Shown here in pieces: positions 1-13,159 of a stretch of 64,000 nt of DNA; the first letter of the stretch is position 1, and each line of letters opens with the position of its first letter. The position numbers and the translations under genes are program-made. The DNA lies in contig NC_057751.1 in assembly GCF_004010195.1 (NCBI RefSeq), positions 13,026,322-13,090,321 of the forward strand, in the 5' to 3' direction. The notes below the pieces were generated by a model. It was not told the origin of the DNA, made no database searches, and saw nothing but the letters and a program-made list of their open reading frames with translations. Source of the stretch: Chiloscyllium plagiosum. Lineage: Eukaryota.

Positions 1-343
1 TTTGGCTATCCTAACAAGGGCTTTTATTTAATTGAGATTACAAACCTGGCTGGTCTGGGGCCCCTTAGGAGAGGAATCCCGCACGAATACGGGTTTTATT
101 ACATCTGATGTTAACACATTCCGAGCATGTAAGAGACTTAAATATACACTCTGGTTAGTTGTAGGTTAGATTAGTAGATAGTTGAGTTTTTTTTTTCTTT
201 TTCGGTTTTTTTTTCTTTTGTTAAATTTTGGCTATTGTATATTTGATCTAATTGTATATCAATGTTTATATTTGAGAGTTTTGTTTATTTTTGTAAACTT
301 GTAAAAATGTTAAATTTCTAATCAAAATATCTATAAAAAAAAA
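1..343 (+). mobile_element. 3' end of a poly(A)-tailed LINE (L1/Tx1-like)
   Basis: T-rich 3' UTR-like stretch ending ...aatatctataaaaaaaaa. Confidence 0.45.
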
Positions 344-491
344 GGAACTGAATCAACAATTGACTAGTTGAGTGACTGAAGAGTATGAGATATAGTAGAG
401 TGTGGTTATCAAATTTTAGTGGATTCATGGCCCTCTCCATTCTGATAAACGTTTGGAAATGCCTGCAATCCTTATTCGAATTTGGTTTTAG

Positions 492-671
492 GCTTGATCA
501 ACTTGAAATGCAGGGGCGAGATGGCTTCATTGTATTTGATACAAACTTACAGCTTTGGAGCTCACTGTGAATATCTTCTGTGCCCACTTCTACGCAATGT
601 GTCAGTCCTTTTGAGCAGCAGTGATGGATCTAAACGTGACCAAGGCTTTTCTGGGAAAATAGACATGCTTG
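492..671 (+). other. Candidate unidentified coding exon (LINLKCRGEMASLYLIQTYSFGAHCEYLLCPLLRNVSVLLSSSDGSKRDQGFSGKIDML)
   Basis: ggttttag|GC...G|gtaaat; 180 nt, open, phase 1-1. Confidence 0.3.
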
Positions 672-1414
672 GTAAATATGTTAAAATTATTCTTGCACTA
701 GAGGGTAGTGCAAAGAAGATGCACTAACAAGATGCTTGATTTTCTTCCAAAACCAGAATGGAAATATGAATCTTGTTATGTTGAGATATCATTGTTTTTA
801 CAAATGAAAAACTGAAATTGTACGTTGAAGTTTAAGATAAGAATATGCTTGTATTTTGCTGATAAAGATTTTCTGGTGATTTAGTGCCTCTTCTGTCATT
901 CTTTCAGATTTCTGGGTCCAGTGTTGGGTTCAAAAAGTCAATGTTGAGTTTTAAGATGTTTAATGAAGATGGATTTGTTTTAGAAATTAAACTGTATTGA
1001 TTGTTCTTGGGGGAAAAGCAAATTACTTGCCTATAATGTAGAGGGATGTCAGGATGAGCTTAATGACTGTGAAGCAAATTGCAAAAGTGAATGGTGATAA
1101 ACAGGCCTGAAATAACTTCTGCTCACTCTCTAAGTGAAATCTGATGACAACACTTATTTTGTTAGGGAACCAATGTGGGCAATGTTTGGTTTCTTGAAGC
1201 AGTAACCAATTGTAATGTTAATTATCTGTTCATTCTTTTGGCAGAACAGCATATAAATACTGGTTACATTTTCACTATGTCATTTCCCAGTGGATCACAG
1301 AAATTTGTCAGCTGTCATATCTGATCTGGTTACTGCAACCCAAAACTAATCCCAACTCCCTATTCTTGATCCATCACCCTGCATCAACTCTGTTGTCTTC
1401 TTGGAAATTTTCTT

Positions 1415-1750
1415 TGTTCATTCACAGGATGAGAGCATCACTGGCTAGGCCAGCATATACTGTGTTGTCCATTCCAGTGGACAGTTGAGATTCAACCACA
1501 TTGCTGTCAGTCTGGAGTCACATGCAGGGCAAACCAAGTAAGGATGGCAGCTTCCATTCCTAAAGGACATTGTGAGCCAGATGGTTTTTCCTGACAATTG
1601 GCAATGGATTCAATGGATTATTAATTTCAGATTTTTATTGAATTCAAGTTCCATCATCTGCCATGGTAGCATTTGAACCCATTTTCTCACAACATTAGCT
1701 GGGTCCTTGGATTAACAATGCAGCAATAATAGCCCCAGGCTATCACCTCT
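1415..1750 (-). mobile_element. Interspersed SINE-like repeat; related copies near 2690-3090, 9340, 32265 and 49180-49900
   Basis: Recurrent motifs cactggctaggccagcattt, taaaggacattgtgagccagatgg and ttgaattcaagttccaccatctgcc. Confidence 0.7.
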
Positions 1751-2689
1751 CCTGAATTGTTCTTCACATGAGAGTTTTGGGAGGCTATTTGCATCACAGC
1801 TGAGCCCAATCCTGACCACACCATGCACTAAAAATGTAACAGCGAGGACAGTAAAATCTGATTTATTCTCACATTCTTCCCAGGCTTGTCTGACCAACTA
1901 GACTGTCATCCTGGCTGAGGTCATCCAATTCAACAGAGCCCAAGGCAGTCGAGATTCTGGTCTTTCATGCTGTTTGTGACTGATACTGTCAGGGACTAAA
2001 TCCTTTATTATTTATTGATGTATGTGACAGAACTGGATGGATGTGAGATTTGATTGCATTAATCTGGTTAAGCTCCAGTAGGCAAATCACAATGTGGTCG
2101 AGTATGGAATCAAACATGGGGGAACAAGTGTTGCATTTATTCTTTTAAAACTTGCAGAATCCATGGCTCATCCATGCAACATGTTCACTTTAGAAGTTGA
2201 AGTGAGATTGGACATTTACATGACTGCAGGAATCCAATTTGAACCGATTTACTTTCGGGGCAATAGCCTGACATTATTTTGAGTGCTGAAAAGGAACAGA
2301 GAGTTCATGTGATAGTGGAATTGTTATTATTGTTCCAAGAGTTGACCTTTAATACAGTTCAAGGAATAAAAAGTAATACCGTCTGGTTGATTGTTAATTC
2401 ATAATAAACAAGAAAACCTGTTCACTGCAACCACTTCCATCTTATTTCAGATTTCAAGATTATTATCAGCTGCTCATAGCTGTACAAGAGTCTCTCAAGC
2501 AAGCCTTCATCAAAAATTACAGCTAAATCTTCACCATGCATCAAACAGCAAAGCAATGGTTTCATCTTCCTGCTTTTACCCTGTTTCATTCTATGCAGAC
2601 AAGCCCCCCCCCCCCCCCCCCACTCTGCCAGTTTGTGTGCAACCAGTGAAAGGCTTCATTCACATAGATGCTGATTCTTTCTTTTAACT

Positions 2690-3090
2690 TGTTCATGGAA
2701 GGAGGGTATCACTGGCTAGGCCAGCATTTATTGCCATCCCTAATTGTCAAGAGGGCACTACAGAGTGAACCACATTTTTGTGGGTCGAGAGTCACTTTTT
2801 AAAAATAAAATCATTCACCAGATGAGGGTATCTCTGGCTAGGCCAGCATTTATTGCCCAGAGGGCAGTTAAGAGTCAACCAAAATTGCTGTAGGTCAGGA
2901 TGGCAGTTCCTTTCCTAAAGGGCATTGTGAGCCAGATGGGTTTTTTCCTAACAATCAACAATAGATTCATGGTCATCATTAGATTCTTAATTCCAGATTT
3001 TTATTGAATTCAAGTTCCACCATCTGCCTTGGCAGGATTCAAACCCAAATGCCCAGACCATTACCTGGGTCTCTGGATTAACAGTCTCGT
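2690..3090 (-). mobile_element. Same SINE-like family, with a tandem partial duplication (2690-2795 and 2810-3090)
   Basis: gagggtatc(a/t)ctggctaggccagcatttattgcc occurs twice. Confidence 0.7.
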
Positions 3091-6000
3091 GATCATGCCA
3101 GTCGTGATCAACACACAACCATACTGCACTAGAGATTCACCAGGATGGTGCCTGGTGGACTGGAATGATTCCGATGTGAAGAGACACCTGATAGGCTGTG
3201 TTGTTTTTCTAGAACAGAGAACACTGGCGGGGGGGGGGGGGGGCGCACTTGATGGAGTGGACAAAATTTTTAGAGGCAAAGGCTCCCAGTTGTAGAATCA
3301 ATAGCCACATGACACAGATTTAAGATAAAAGCCTAGATGATTCAAGGGGATTTAAGGAAGAATTTCTTTCACCTTGTGAGTGTTCGGCATCTCGAACACA
3401 GCACCTGAAAAAATTGTACATGCAGGAACCATTTTAACCTTTATAAGGTATGTAGATGATCATTTGAAATGCCATAGCAACCAAAGCTACAAGCCAAATA
3501 CTGAAAAGATGTATGAAAGTAATAGGATAGGTGCTTGATGACCAATGCAGTTCTGAAGGGCCAAAGGGCCTTTTTCCATACTGTTAACCTCTATGACAAT
3601 CAACAGTAGTTATGTGGCTAGTATTTGATTCGGTGTTTATTTCAGAGGTTTATAGAATTCAGACTTCACCATCTGGCATAGTGAGTGTCCCACCCATATC
3701 CTGGAACATCTGTGATGGCCTCAGGCCATCATCATGACACCACCACCTAGCTCCCTCTTACTGAGAAACAAGAAGGTCCATTTCCCCCTGTCTCCCCGAG
3801 ACGGCAAGCAGATGTTCAATTTAAATCATCCTCCCAATATCACACTCATTATTTTCAACGTTAATCATTTGTCATCTAATTAAGGTTTACCACAAAATAT
3901 TACATAGTGTCAGTTTCCAAGAATCCACACAACAGGCTTTTCAGTCCAAATAGTATCAATCAGTCTTCTGCTCCACATGAACCTCCTGAACCCTTTTCAT
4001 TTCACCACAAACATATGCTGCTACCCCCGTAGCTGTTGCTAAAGTAGTTTCCCCTTCTCCATCCCCATCAACCCTCTTTGTTTCAACCACACCATGTAGT
4101 AGTGTATTCCATAATCTTATCATTCACTGGGTGAAAAGCTACTGGTCAGCTGGCTAGCTGGCCATTGATGTCCCTTGTGCTAATGGCATTACTAACAGAG
4201 TCCTCACTTTATGACTTAATCACCCTTTTCTGCAGCAGCTCACTCTATAGCCTGGCAGCTTCACTAAGTTCACAGCAGGTTTTTCTCCCTGCCAGTTCAG
4301 TGCTGCTGAGTTCAGAACTCTCTTATCTTTTGAAGCTGTCATTCATCAAGGCAACACACAGGTGCCAGGAACTAAACCTTATGATACTTCAGTTTTTTTC
4401 CACAGCAAGTTTCAAGGGCTGTTAGCCATGTGAAAGAACGTCAGCAGAACACCCTCCTGAGAGCAACTATCTGCTCCACTCTCAGCAATGCTTTCATCCA
4501 CAGACTCCTTCACAACAGGGAAGCTCATCTTAAAGCTTTAACACCAGCTATTATGTGCTCTTCAGCCTAGAAATCGACACAGATTTGAAAAGTAATTTTC
4601 AGTAGCCTTCATGTGATTGAGATGCCATCCCCTGGAGTTTTTCAGGTATTAGAAGGGATGATATTCAGAAATCTGAATCATGAATTAGGAGACTGTCTGT
4701 GTGAGAGGAGTCTGGGATCAGTCGCTGTGTGGTGCAATGGTGGAAATGGTGCTTCATGCTGAACAATGTTAAGAGCCACTTACTTCAAGTGAAGGTGAAC
4801 TTTTTGATTGAAGACTCCATACATAGAAGAATATAATCCTCCATGTCTTTAAGTTTGTAGTGTTTTCTGCTTGTCAAGGTGAGCGATACTGATGTTACGA
4901 GCAGATCACTTTTCTACTTGAAGTTTTCCAAGTTGGCATCAACTCCCAGGTGAGATACAAACCCTGGTCACCAAAAGAAGCAAGTTTCCACAATGCTGCT
5001 CGAAATATATATAACTCATCGCAGCATTGAAAAGGCTGTTGGCTTCTTTATGGAGCTTGCTAAACATTTCCATCTTTGCTTGAGTGACATGAAGAGATGA
5101 GAGAAACTAGGATTGTTCTCCTCTGAACAGAAGAGGTCAAAGGGGAATTCAAAAAAGTGGTTCAAAGTTATGAAGGTTTTCTGTACAGTCAATAAAGAAA
5201 AACTGTTTCCAGTGCCGGAAGCTCAGTCACCAGAGAACACAGATTGAATGTATTTGATTAAAAGGAGAGGTGAGATGAGAATTTTGAATGCCGTGAGTTA
5301 TTATGATTTGGAATGTCCTTCTTGAAAAGGTGGTGGACGACGATTCAAAAGGTAGTTAGATACAGAATTAGAATTGAAGGGGAAAGGACAAGAGAGTGAG
5401 ACTGGTTGAATAACTTTTGAAGAGACACAATGAGCTGATTGGTCTCATCATTCTATAATTTAATGACAACAGCTTTGACAATGCATCATCTTCACTTATG
5501 ACCTGGATTGCTGACATACCATGACTGAATCATCTAGATTTTTATATCATTTTAATGGATGTATTGTCGATGACATAAAGAAAATTCCAATTGAAAAATC
5601 CAAATAAATAAATCACTTTCTGATGCATGTAAACAAGGATGAATGTTGAAATGGCAGACACATCAGCTACACTATACTGCTTCCACTTATTTTTGCTATG
5701 TACAGTTTTCAAATCATCTTTTTTTTCTTATATTGAATGGTAGTTTTCCACAATCTGTTGATACACGATGAGTGTAAATGGAGTGTATTGAGTAACAATG
5801 AGGTGGAGTCTTAAAGACTTCAAGAAGATATAAAACAGGTTAATGAATAGAGTAAGCAGACCCAACTCAGTGCGGAGAACTGTGAGGTAATGCATTTTGT
5901 GAGCAAAGAGCGTTCACATTCAGTGGATTCTAATGAAAGAGCTGAAAATAAATATCCTCTTAAACATTTTAATATGAGCAAAGTATATTCATAAGTTAAG

Positions 6001-9000
6001 CTTTATAACTTGGGCCATAGATTACAAGATAAAGAGATTATGTTTGTACAAGCAATGTTCCAATCTCACACTGTGATTGACATTGGCATGCCAATCGTGG
6101 CATTGACTTCCAATTCCAGATATTGCTGCCATGCAAGGGCCTGGGTCTCATGCAGCCCACAGGAACATTAGAGGGAGTGCTGTGAACAAGCCAGTGATTA
6201 GGCCACAGCTAGCGTACAATATGGTGTTTCAGTAGATTCATTTAAACTATGGACTACATTAATTCATTCAGATAAGAAACATGACGTGTGAATTGACATT
6301 GTGAAGCAAAGCAGTCTGAGCAGAGATCCAAAGAAAATTCATATTGGATTTGAAACGTGAACTCTCTTTCTCTCTCTGACTCGATAGATGCTGTCAGACC
6401 TGAAGAGTTTCTCCAGCATTTGTTAATTTTATGAGCGATCTAATTCAGTGTTTTTAAAACAATAAAGATTTGAATGGAATCAGGCAAGATTGCTTCCTTT
6501 GTTTGGCGAGTCACTAGGATTAATAACATTGGCAATCTTGACAAAGAGGTTTTGCCCATGGAATGCTTAGCATAGAGTGAAGAGGAAGCTGCTAAGGTAA
6601 AACTGGGAAAATATTTGAAGCAAAGATCGTTGCCACTTTGACGTACTACTTGCATATAGAATATGCAGTGGCATTGTACTGGACCTAGAAAGCAGCTGGA
6701 GCACATTCCTATGACTGGAATACAAGGGTTTGGCTCCTGGACCACCTTGTGACCTTTATTGTATTGTTTATTTTTGCATGCCATTTAATAAGCAATTACC
6801 CTGCATTGAATTTAGATTTGCAGAATGACATTAATAGTTTGACATTGTTTAATTTAAACTTTTGTTTTCCAGCTCATTCTGAGATTCATTTTTGCTCACA
6901 ATGATTGATGTTTTACAAACATAAATTCAACTACATTTAAGATTTAATTAAGGAAATCGATGAAGTGATCTCTCATTGAATTAATGGTGCAACAGTAAAT
7001 TACAGGTCAGCTTTGTGAAATCTTGTCATAAAGATGCAAAACTGACAAAACTCCACAAAGTGACCTCACTCCATTGCATAAATCACTGGTCAAAATTCTT
7101 CAGCAATCAGATAAAATCAGAAAATAGTTTTATTTGTAATTCAGCTGGAACTGGCCTCGCTGCAAAAGGATTTAAGGTTTAGAAAGGATCTCCTTATTTT
7201 TTTTGTCCATCTTGCATATTTAGTGTTCATTTCTCATTATATGTCTCTTCTGTTTATGCTTCTGCATGTCAAATAAACTTTAAATTAAGTTCACCACAGG
7301 AAGTCCTCTCTCAATGTTGTTTAGTTCATGATAGCAACACTATTGGGACAAAATGTAAATGCATGACATTAAGAAGGTTACCATTGTCTCTGAGTGAGCC
7401 AGAATGTCACTGGTACCCTGAGGCATGGCTGCCATCTCACAATAATGACAGGCTCAAGAATGATCAAATTGATTTGGCAACCATCCATCCATTAATAATT
7501 TGAGCTCTCAAGAACCATGTTTAACCTTTTGAGAAAGCCCCATTGCTGGGCAAAGATCCTCAAGGTTTTTTGATATGTTTTTCATCTGCTTGGTTTGGGA
7601 ACTGATGTTATGGATGTCTTGTATGGTTGAGGGTTCAGACTGAAGGCTCAAGGAATGCTTATCTTTAATCCAAAGGGCTAGATCACAAGGGGGTTAAAGT
7701 CATGCTTGAGTTTAAGACCACAAGTGGAATATAACAAGCAGTTCTGGGTACAACACCTTTGAAAGAATATTTTAAGCACTGTCCTGTAAAAAAATCCACT
7801 CCCCCCAGGGGATATTAAATGGTGCATAATTATTTCAGAGAAGGACATATGGAGAGTTGGAGAACTGTTTTGGCTCCATGACTTCTTCCTGAAATTAATT
7901 GGAGGGATTAGACTGGAAGAAATCACAATGAGCCAAAGCACGTTCTGCAGGACCAGTAATCATTATGACAAGCTGTGCAGTTCTATTGTAAATATAGAAC
8001 TATTCAGATTCTGTTTGACAAATTGATGGAAACCTTTTATATAACTGAGATGCTTACAGAATGTTTGTGCCTCAAGGATGTAAAGAATGGAATATATGGT
8101 ACAAGCAGAATTAATGTGTTTCCACCTGGACAAGACTCACAGACAGACTGTTTGCAAGAGCGGTCGAGGGCAAAAAAGCAGTTTTTCAACTGTTCCACAA
8201 GGGAGAAGGAGGCCATTCATCCCCCCTGAGACTGTTCTATTATTCAGTCAGATTATAAATGAGCCAAACTTAAATGATTTACCAGCCATTGTTCTGTATC
8301 CATTGCTGAGAAATATTATGTTGATCTCTGTCTTGAATATGTAACTTGACCCACCCCTCCCCACACACCCCAGCATCCTCCCCAGAGCCTTTTGAGAGTT
8401 AGAGTTCCAGATTTCAATTTAATCCAGGCTCGTGTGAAGTGCGTAAACCTCTTGCTAGCAATATTTCAAATTGATGCAAGCCCAGAACCAAAGGTTCCCT
8501 GTAATTGGGCTTGAACATCCATTCTCAGACATAGATCGCATACCGTAACAAAGTGATCAATGTCCCTCCAACACCAGGCAGGGGTGGACATCCATAGAAT
8601 GGCACAGCTGAGAAGGAAGCCATTCAGGCCACAGTGCCTGTGCTGGCTCTGTTGAGATTGAGTTATTGTAAGTAATAATTGGTGGACATTAATATATGGA
8701 GTCAGGCTGACTGGTAAACTCTCAGATGAAAGCAAAATTACTGCAGATGCTGGAGATCTGAAATAAAAACAGCAAGTGCTGGAGAACCTCGGCAGTTTCA
8801 GTGGAGAGAGAAACAGAGTTAACTTTTCAAGTCCAGTTTGACTCTTCTTCAGAATCGGCCGCGCTGTCAGTACCAGCTACCTTATAGTCACAATAGAAAG
8901 TGACACAGGAGTGTGGGAAACTAAGATGAACAGCAAATGGAGAACAATTACTCTGTGTCTTAGAAGCAGGAGGTAGCTATCAGCTTGCTGACACATATCA

Positions 9001-10054
9001 AAATGTCAGTCTTCAGTGTGTTTGACCAGTGTTTATAGGTCTGAATGATTGCAGCAACAATATTTACCATGAACTTCTGATCCCATTTTAGTTGTGACAT
9101 GTCCATTTTGTGCTTGTGCTGAACACTGATTCATCATGTCTTCATAATCCCCCTGCAGGTTCTTACGTTCTTGACATGAATTCCTCACGAACGCTGGAAT
9201 AAAGATTCTGCAACAAAGTCTTGTGTTTTTGCTGGACTCCTGTAGATGCAAAAACATGAGAACCAGAGAAACCACTCAGCCCCTCAATATCCCATCATTC
9301 AACTTAATCACGGCCGATCCGTATCATAACTTTTTAAAAAAATTCATTCATGGAGATGTGGGCATTGCTGGCTGGGCCAGAGAGAGTGACTCTGTTCACC
9401 TTTGTTGTAAAGCCTTTCATTAAAATCGTTTTGAAGTTTTAAAATATCCTTCAGTCTCAATTGTTTCAAGACCCTTTGTGTGAAGAATTGTTCCTGACAT
9501 CACCTCCGAATGGCTAAATTTGAATTTTGCATTCCCTTGTTCTGGATTTGCCATACCAGAGTAAATAGCTTCGCTCGACAGACCTTCTTAAATCCCTTAA
9601 TTATCTTACACATCACAGTTAGATGACTTGCTAAAACAGTATGTTCAAAGAATACAAAGGCATCCACCTAGTTAACTGGAGTTCACACATTTTAGAGCAG
9701 GCCGTACAGGTTGCTGTTTAGCTAGTCTCCTTTCAGTCAGAATATTCTGGGCTTCAGCCGAGCACCCAGATTTGAAGGCTGAGTAAATCCCAGTGCATGC
9801 ATTTCAGAATCTCAACACTTGCTTCAAAAATGTCTGTGTTTGACCAAAGCAGCACAGTGAATGCTAGAAATTGGAAAAAAGAACAGAAGATAAAGGACAG
9901 AAGGCAGCAGGTCTGCTAGCATCTGTGAGGAGAGAAATAGAGTTTATATCTCAGCTCATGATCTCTCATTAGAAATGCAATATTCTTTATTCAGTAATAA
10001 TAACAATTTTCATTTTCTTAAATTTTGTTTCATTTGTTTAAAAACTTCCTCCAG

Positions 10055-10241
10055 TTCTGCTGACTGAGTGGGCAGGAACTGAGCCTTTTGACAGTCTTGT
10101 CTCAATGCTGCAGGAGCTAGTCAGTGAGTTGCAGCAAGGTGGGAGATTTGTGAACGGTGGAAACAAGCTGTTGAAGAAGATGACCAAGGATCTTTACCGA
10201 AAACTCGAGCTTCAGAAGCGTAAACCTTCTATGAGCAACAG
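10055..10241 (+). other. Candidate unidentified coding exon (LLTEWAGTEPFDSLVSMLQELVSELQQGGRFVNGGNKLLKKMTKDLYRKLELQKRKPSMSNR)
   Basis: Pyrimidine-rich acceptor cttcctccag, open frame, donor CAG|gtgacg, several CpGs, not repeat-like. Confidence 0.45.
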
Positions 10242-12529
10242 GTGACGCAGCTGATTCAAAGACAATGCTGATAAGAGGATGTTTGCCAGAGAAGACACTG
10301 TGATGCTCTCTGTGTCCATGTAAAATCATGCACAACACAACTCACACACTCATATAAATATATATAAGTACATATGAAGCAACAACTTGTATTTATATAT
10401 CTCCTTTAATGTCAAGTGACCTTCTGTATAAAGAATCAAAATAAGGGGAAATTGGATGCCAAGTCAAAGAAAGATTTATTTGGAGAGATAACCAAAACCT
10501 GGATCAAATAAGTGATCATCGAAGAGGGCTTTTATAAAGAAAGTTCCAAAGAAACTAAGAAGCTGAATTCACATCCACAAAGATCAATTTAATGAATTAA
10601 TGAATTATTTAGATTAAAGAGGTTGGTGGAGATGATCTGTAGAAGTGAAGTAAAGATGGGAAGGAGCAAGGATACAATGAAATTTACAATAAAAGGAAAA
10701 AAAATTAAATCCATTTTAAATGCACTAGGGATCAAGGGGAAATTAGGTCCATGAAGATGTTTGGATATCAGAGGTGCAGATGTAATGTAATAGGCAGGTC
10801 ATGATGGTTTGTTATCATTTTAATCATGGCCATGAGCCCAATGTTTTGTAGGCTTCATTTTACTGGATTTATGCAGATTCAGGCCATATTGCCTGCTGAG
10901 GAGTGTGTCAACAAATAGGGACCCAACTTGGTCTAAGTATGATATGGAAGAAGCAATTGAGAAGGTGGAGGTGGAATTCCAAATGTCAGAAGATTTGAGA
11001 GAATTAAATTACAGGAGCAGGTGGCTGATGATGAAAAATAAACTCAAGGACTACAGAATAACTTGAAGATGGATGAACAGAAAAAAGCTGGAAATTTGTC
11101 CAATGAAAATGCTTCACAACAGATGAAAGCTGAATTGGTTTGGGACATTGATAAATGGTGAAATGGGATGAATATCAAGCTGATCCTAATGAACCTATTG
11201 GCTCTTGAGAAGGTGAGAATGAAATAATTAAATAAACAGCAAACGTAAAAGATAAACGTCAGCGATACATTAAAATTTTCATCACAGGAAATGATGCAAA
11301 AAAGTCTATTGAGCAAAGTCAATTCTCTCAATCAGGGTCTAATAGATCTGTTCAATGGCACAAATCTGTTTAATGACAATGTAACATAATATTGACAGCA
11401 CTGACATCTTGTGGAGAATGTATTGAGACAGCTTCATTTAGTGCTCAAACTGTAAACATCAAATACAATAATACCAAACGCTGGATTCTGTTTTTCTTCG
11501 CACTTTGCTATCATTGCATCATTTAGTCTCTCTCTCCCCCCTTCTCTATTTATCTCTTTATCCATCTTTTCCAATCAGTTGATCTTTTTGTGGATGGCAA
11601 ATGCAGTTTTTATGAAATCTTGATCCTGGAAATTTGCTCTGCATTTACGTCAGAGATAAAAACAGAGAATGCTGGACCTCAGCAGGTCCAGCAACATCAT
11701 AGAGAGAGAACGACAGTGTTATCATTTCAAATCATTTCAAAAAACAAGTATGCACAGTAAAATAGCAGAAGTTCAAAGCAACAAAACAAGAATTCACAGT
11801 CGCATCATGATAGTTGATGGTAACAGAGCAAGGTGTCACAGTGACCTAGCAATATGTTCAGATGATCTAGCAAGAGTTCACAGTAACAGGTCTGCCATTT
11901 TCAACAGATGTTATATCCATCTTCCTGCAGTGCTGAGTATTTCTAATAACACACAACCCTGTTGTTGGCAAACAGGAGTCTCAATCTTCATTTTGTTGTC
12001 ATTGTAATTCTGATATCTTGAGCTTAAATTCTATGCATGGTATGAAAAAGATCTAACTTGGATCCCAATTCTCTGAATCTCTCAGAATTTCAATCTCTTT
12101 TCATCTATCACTTTTATATATCCATTGTCAAAGCTAAACTGAACTGAATGTGCTCATCACTATGATGTGGGTACTTGCTCAGTGAAGAAGTATTAAAAAT
12201 GATTTCATGACTTCACTATTATGCCACCCTGTCAGCATTCTGGTTAAAATGCTGGTGGAAGTTTCAAACAGAAGCTCAGTGTATCGGGGATTGCAGCGCT
12301 CTGTCGCCATCTTGTGGCTATTTTCATTGAGGAGACACTGCATCCATTCCAGGACAACCACCCCAGAAAGATACAGTCCCAATTTTAAACCTGACCCATG
12401 TATCAATGATGTTACTTTGAGGTTTAGAAATTGTATCTGGGTTTGAACTAAATTGCTGCCATCGTGATTTCATCTCTGCCTCCCTCCAAACCATTTTTAC
12501 TCCTGGGTTTGTGGGAAAATTGGGAGGAT

Positions 12530-12910
12530 TTATTGGACTCATTCCTGGAATGGCAGGACTGAAGAGACTGAATCGGTGAGGACTATTTTCACTGAAGTTG
12601 AAGAATGAGAGGGCAATCTTACAGGAACCTGTACAATTCTAACAGGACTAGATAGGAAAAAGAGGAAGGGTATTCCCAATGACTGGGGAGCCCAGAGCCA
12701 GAATTTGCTGTCTCAGGAAGTGAGGCCATTTAGAACTGAATTGAGGAGAATTACTGTACCCAGAAAGAGGTGAGCCTGCAGAATTCTATACCACGGAGTT
12801 TGATGTAGTTCTCGGGGATAAAAAGATTGAAGGGTATGCAGCAAAAGTGAGAACAAGTTGGACTATCAGCCTTAATCATAGTGAATGGCCTACTCCCATT
12901 TTCTACATTT
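12530..12910 (+). mobile_element. CR1-like LINE 3' fragment; similar fragments at about 3170-3600, 5090-5460, 18455-18860 and 58680-58880
   Basis: Degenerate CR1 ORF2 C-terminal motifs plus a gaatggcctactcc-type tail. Confidence 0.65.
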
Positions 12911-13159
12911 CTCAACAAAGTTATTTTGTCTGGCTCTTAATATACAAGCATAGGTGTCATGTATGGGAGATGGTGGAAGGGGGCTGAGGGAGTGATGGGT
13001 CATGGATGGTGGTTGGTTAGTGGTGCAAGAGCTGGAAGTGGGGAAGAAGAATATGAATGGATCTAGCATACGATTCTTGAGGACAAGTCAGACCTAACTT
13101 TATTCTACAAAAAAACATGTAAAATAAATCTTATTTTACAGCATATAAAGTAAGGACCA

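Noticed and set aside
2451..2526. Protein-like segment FQDYYQLLIAVQESLKQAFIKNYS* after an acceptor
   Set aside because: Short, no recognised homology and no phase-compatible partner identified.
2603..3243. Poly-C (about 2604) and poly-G (about 3230) runs as a paired structure or G-quadruplex
   Set aside because: Simple homopolymers with unreliable length and no flanking complementarity.
9159..9203. Exon after the acceptor ccccctgcag
   Set aside because: All three frames stop within about 15 codons and there is no clear donor; cannot be supported.
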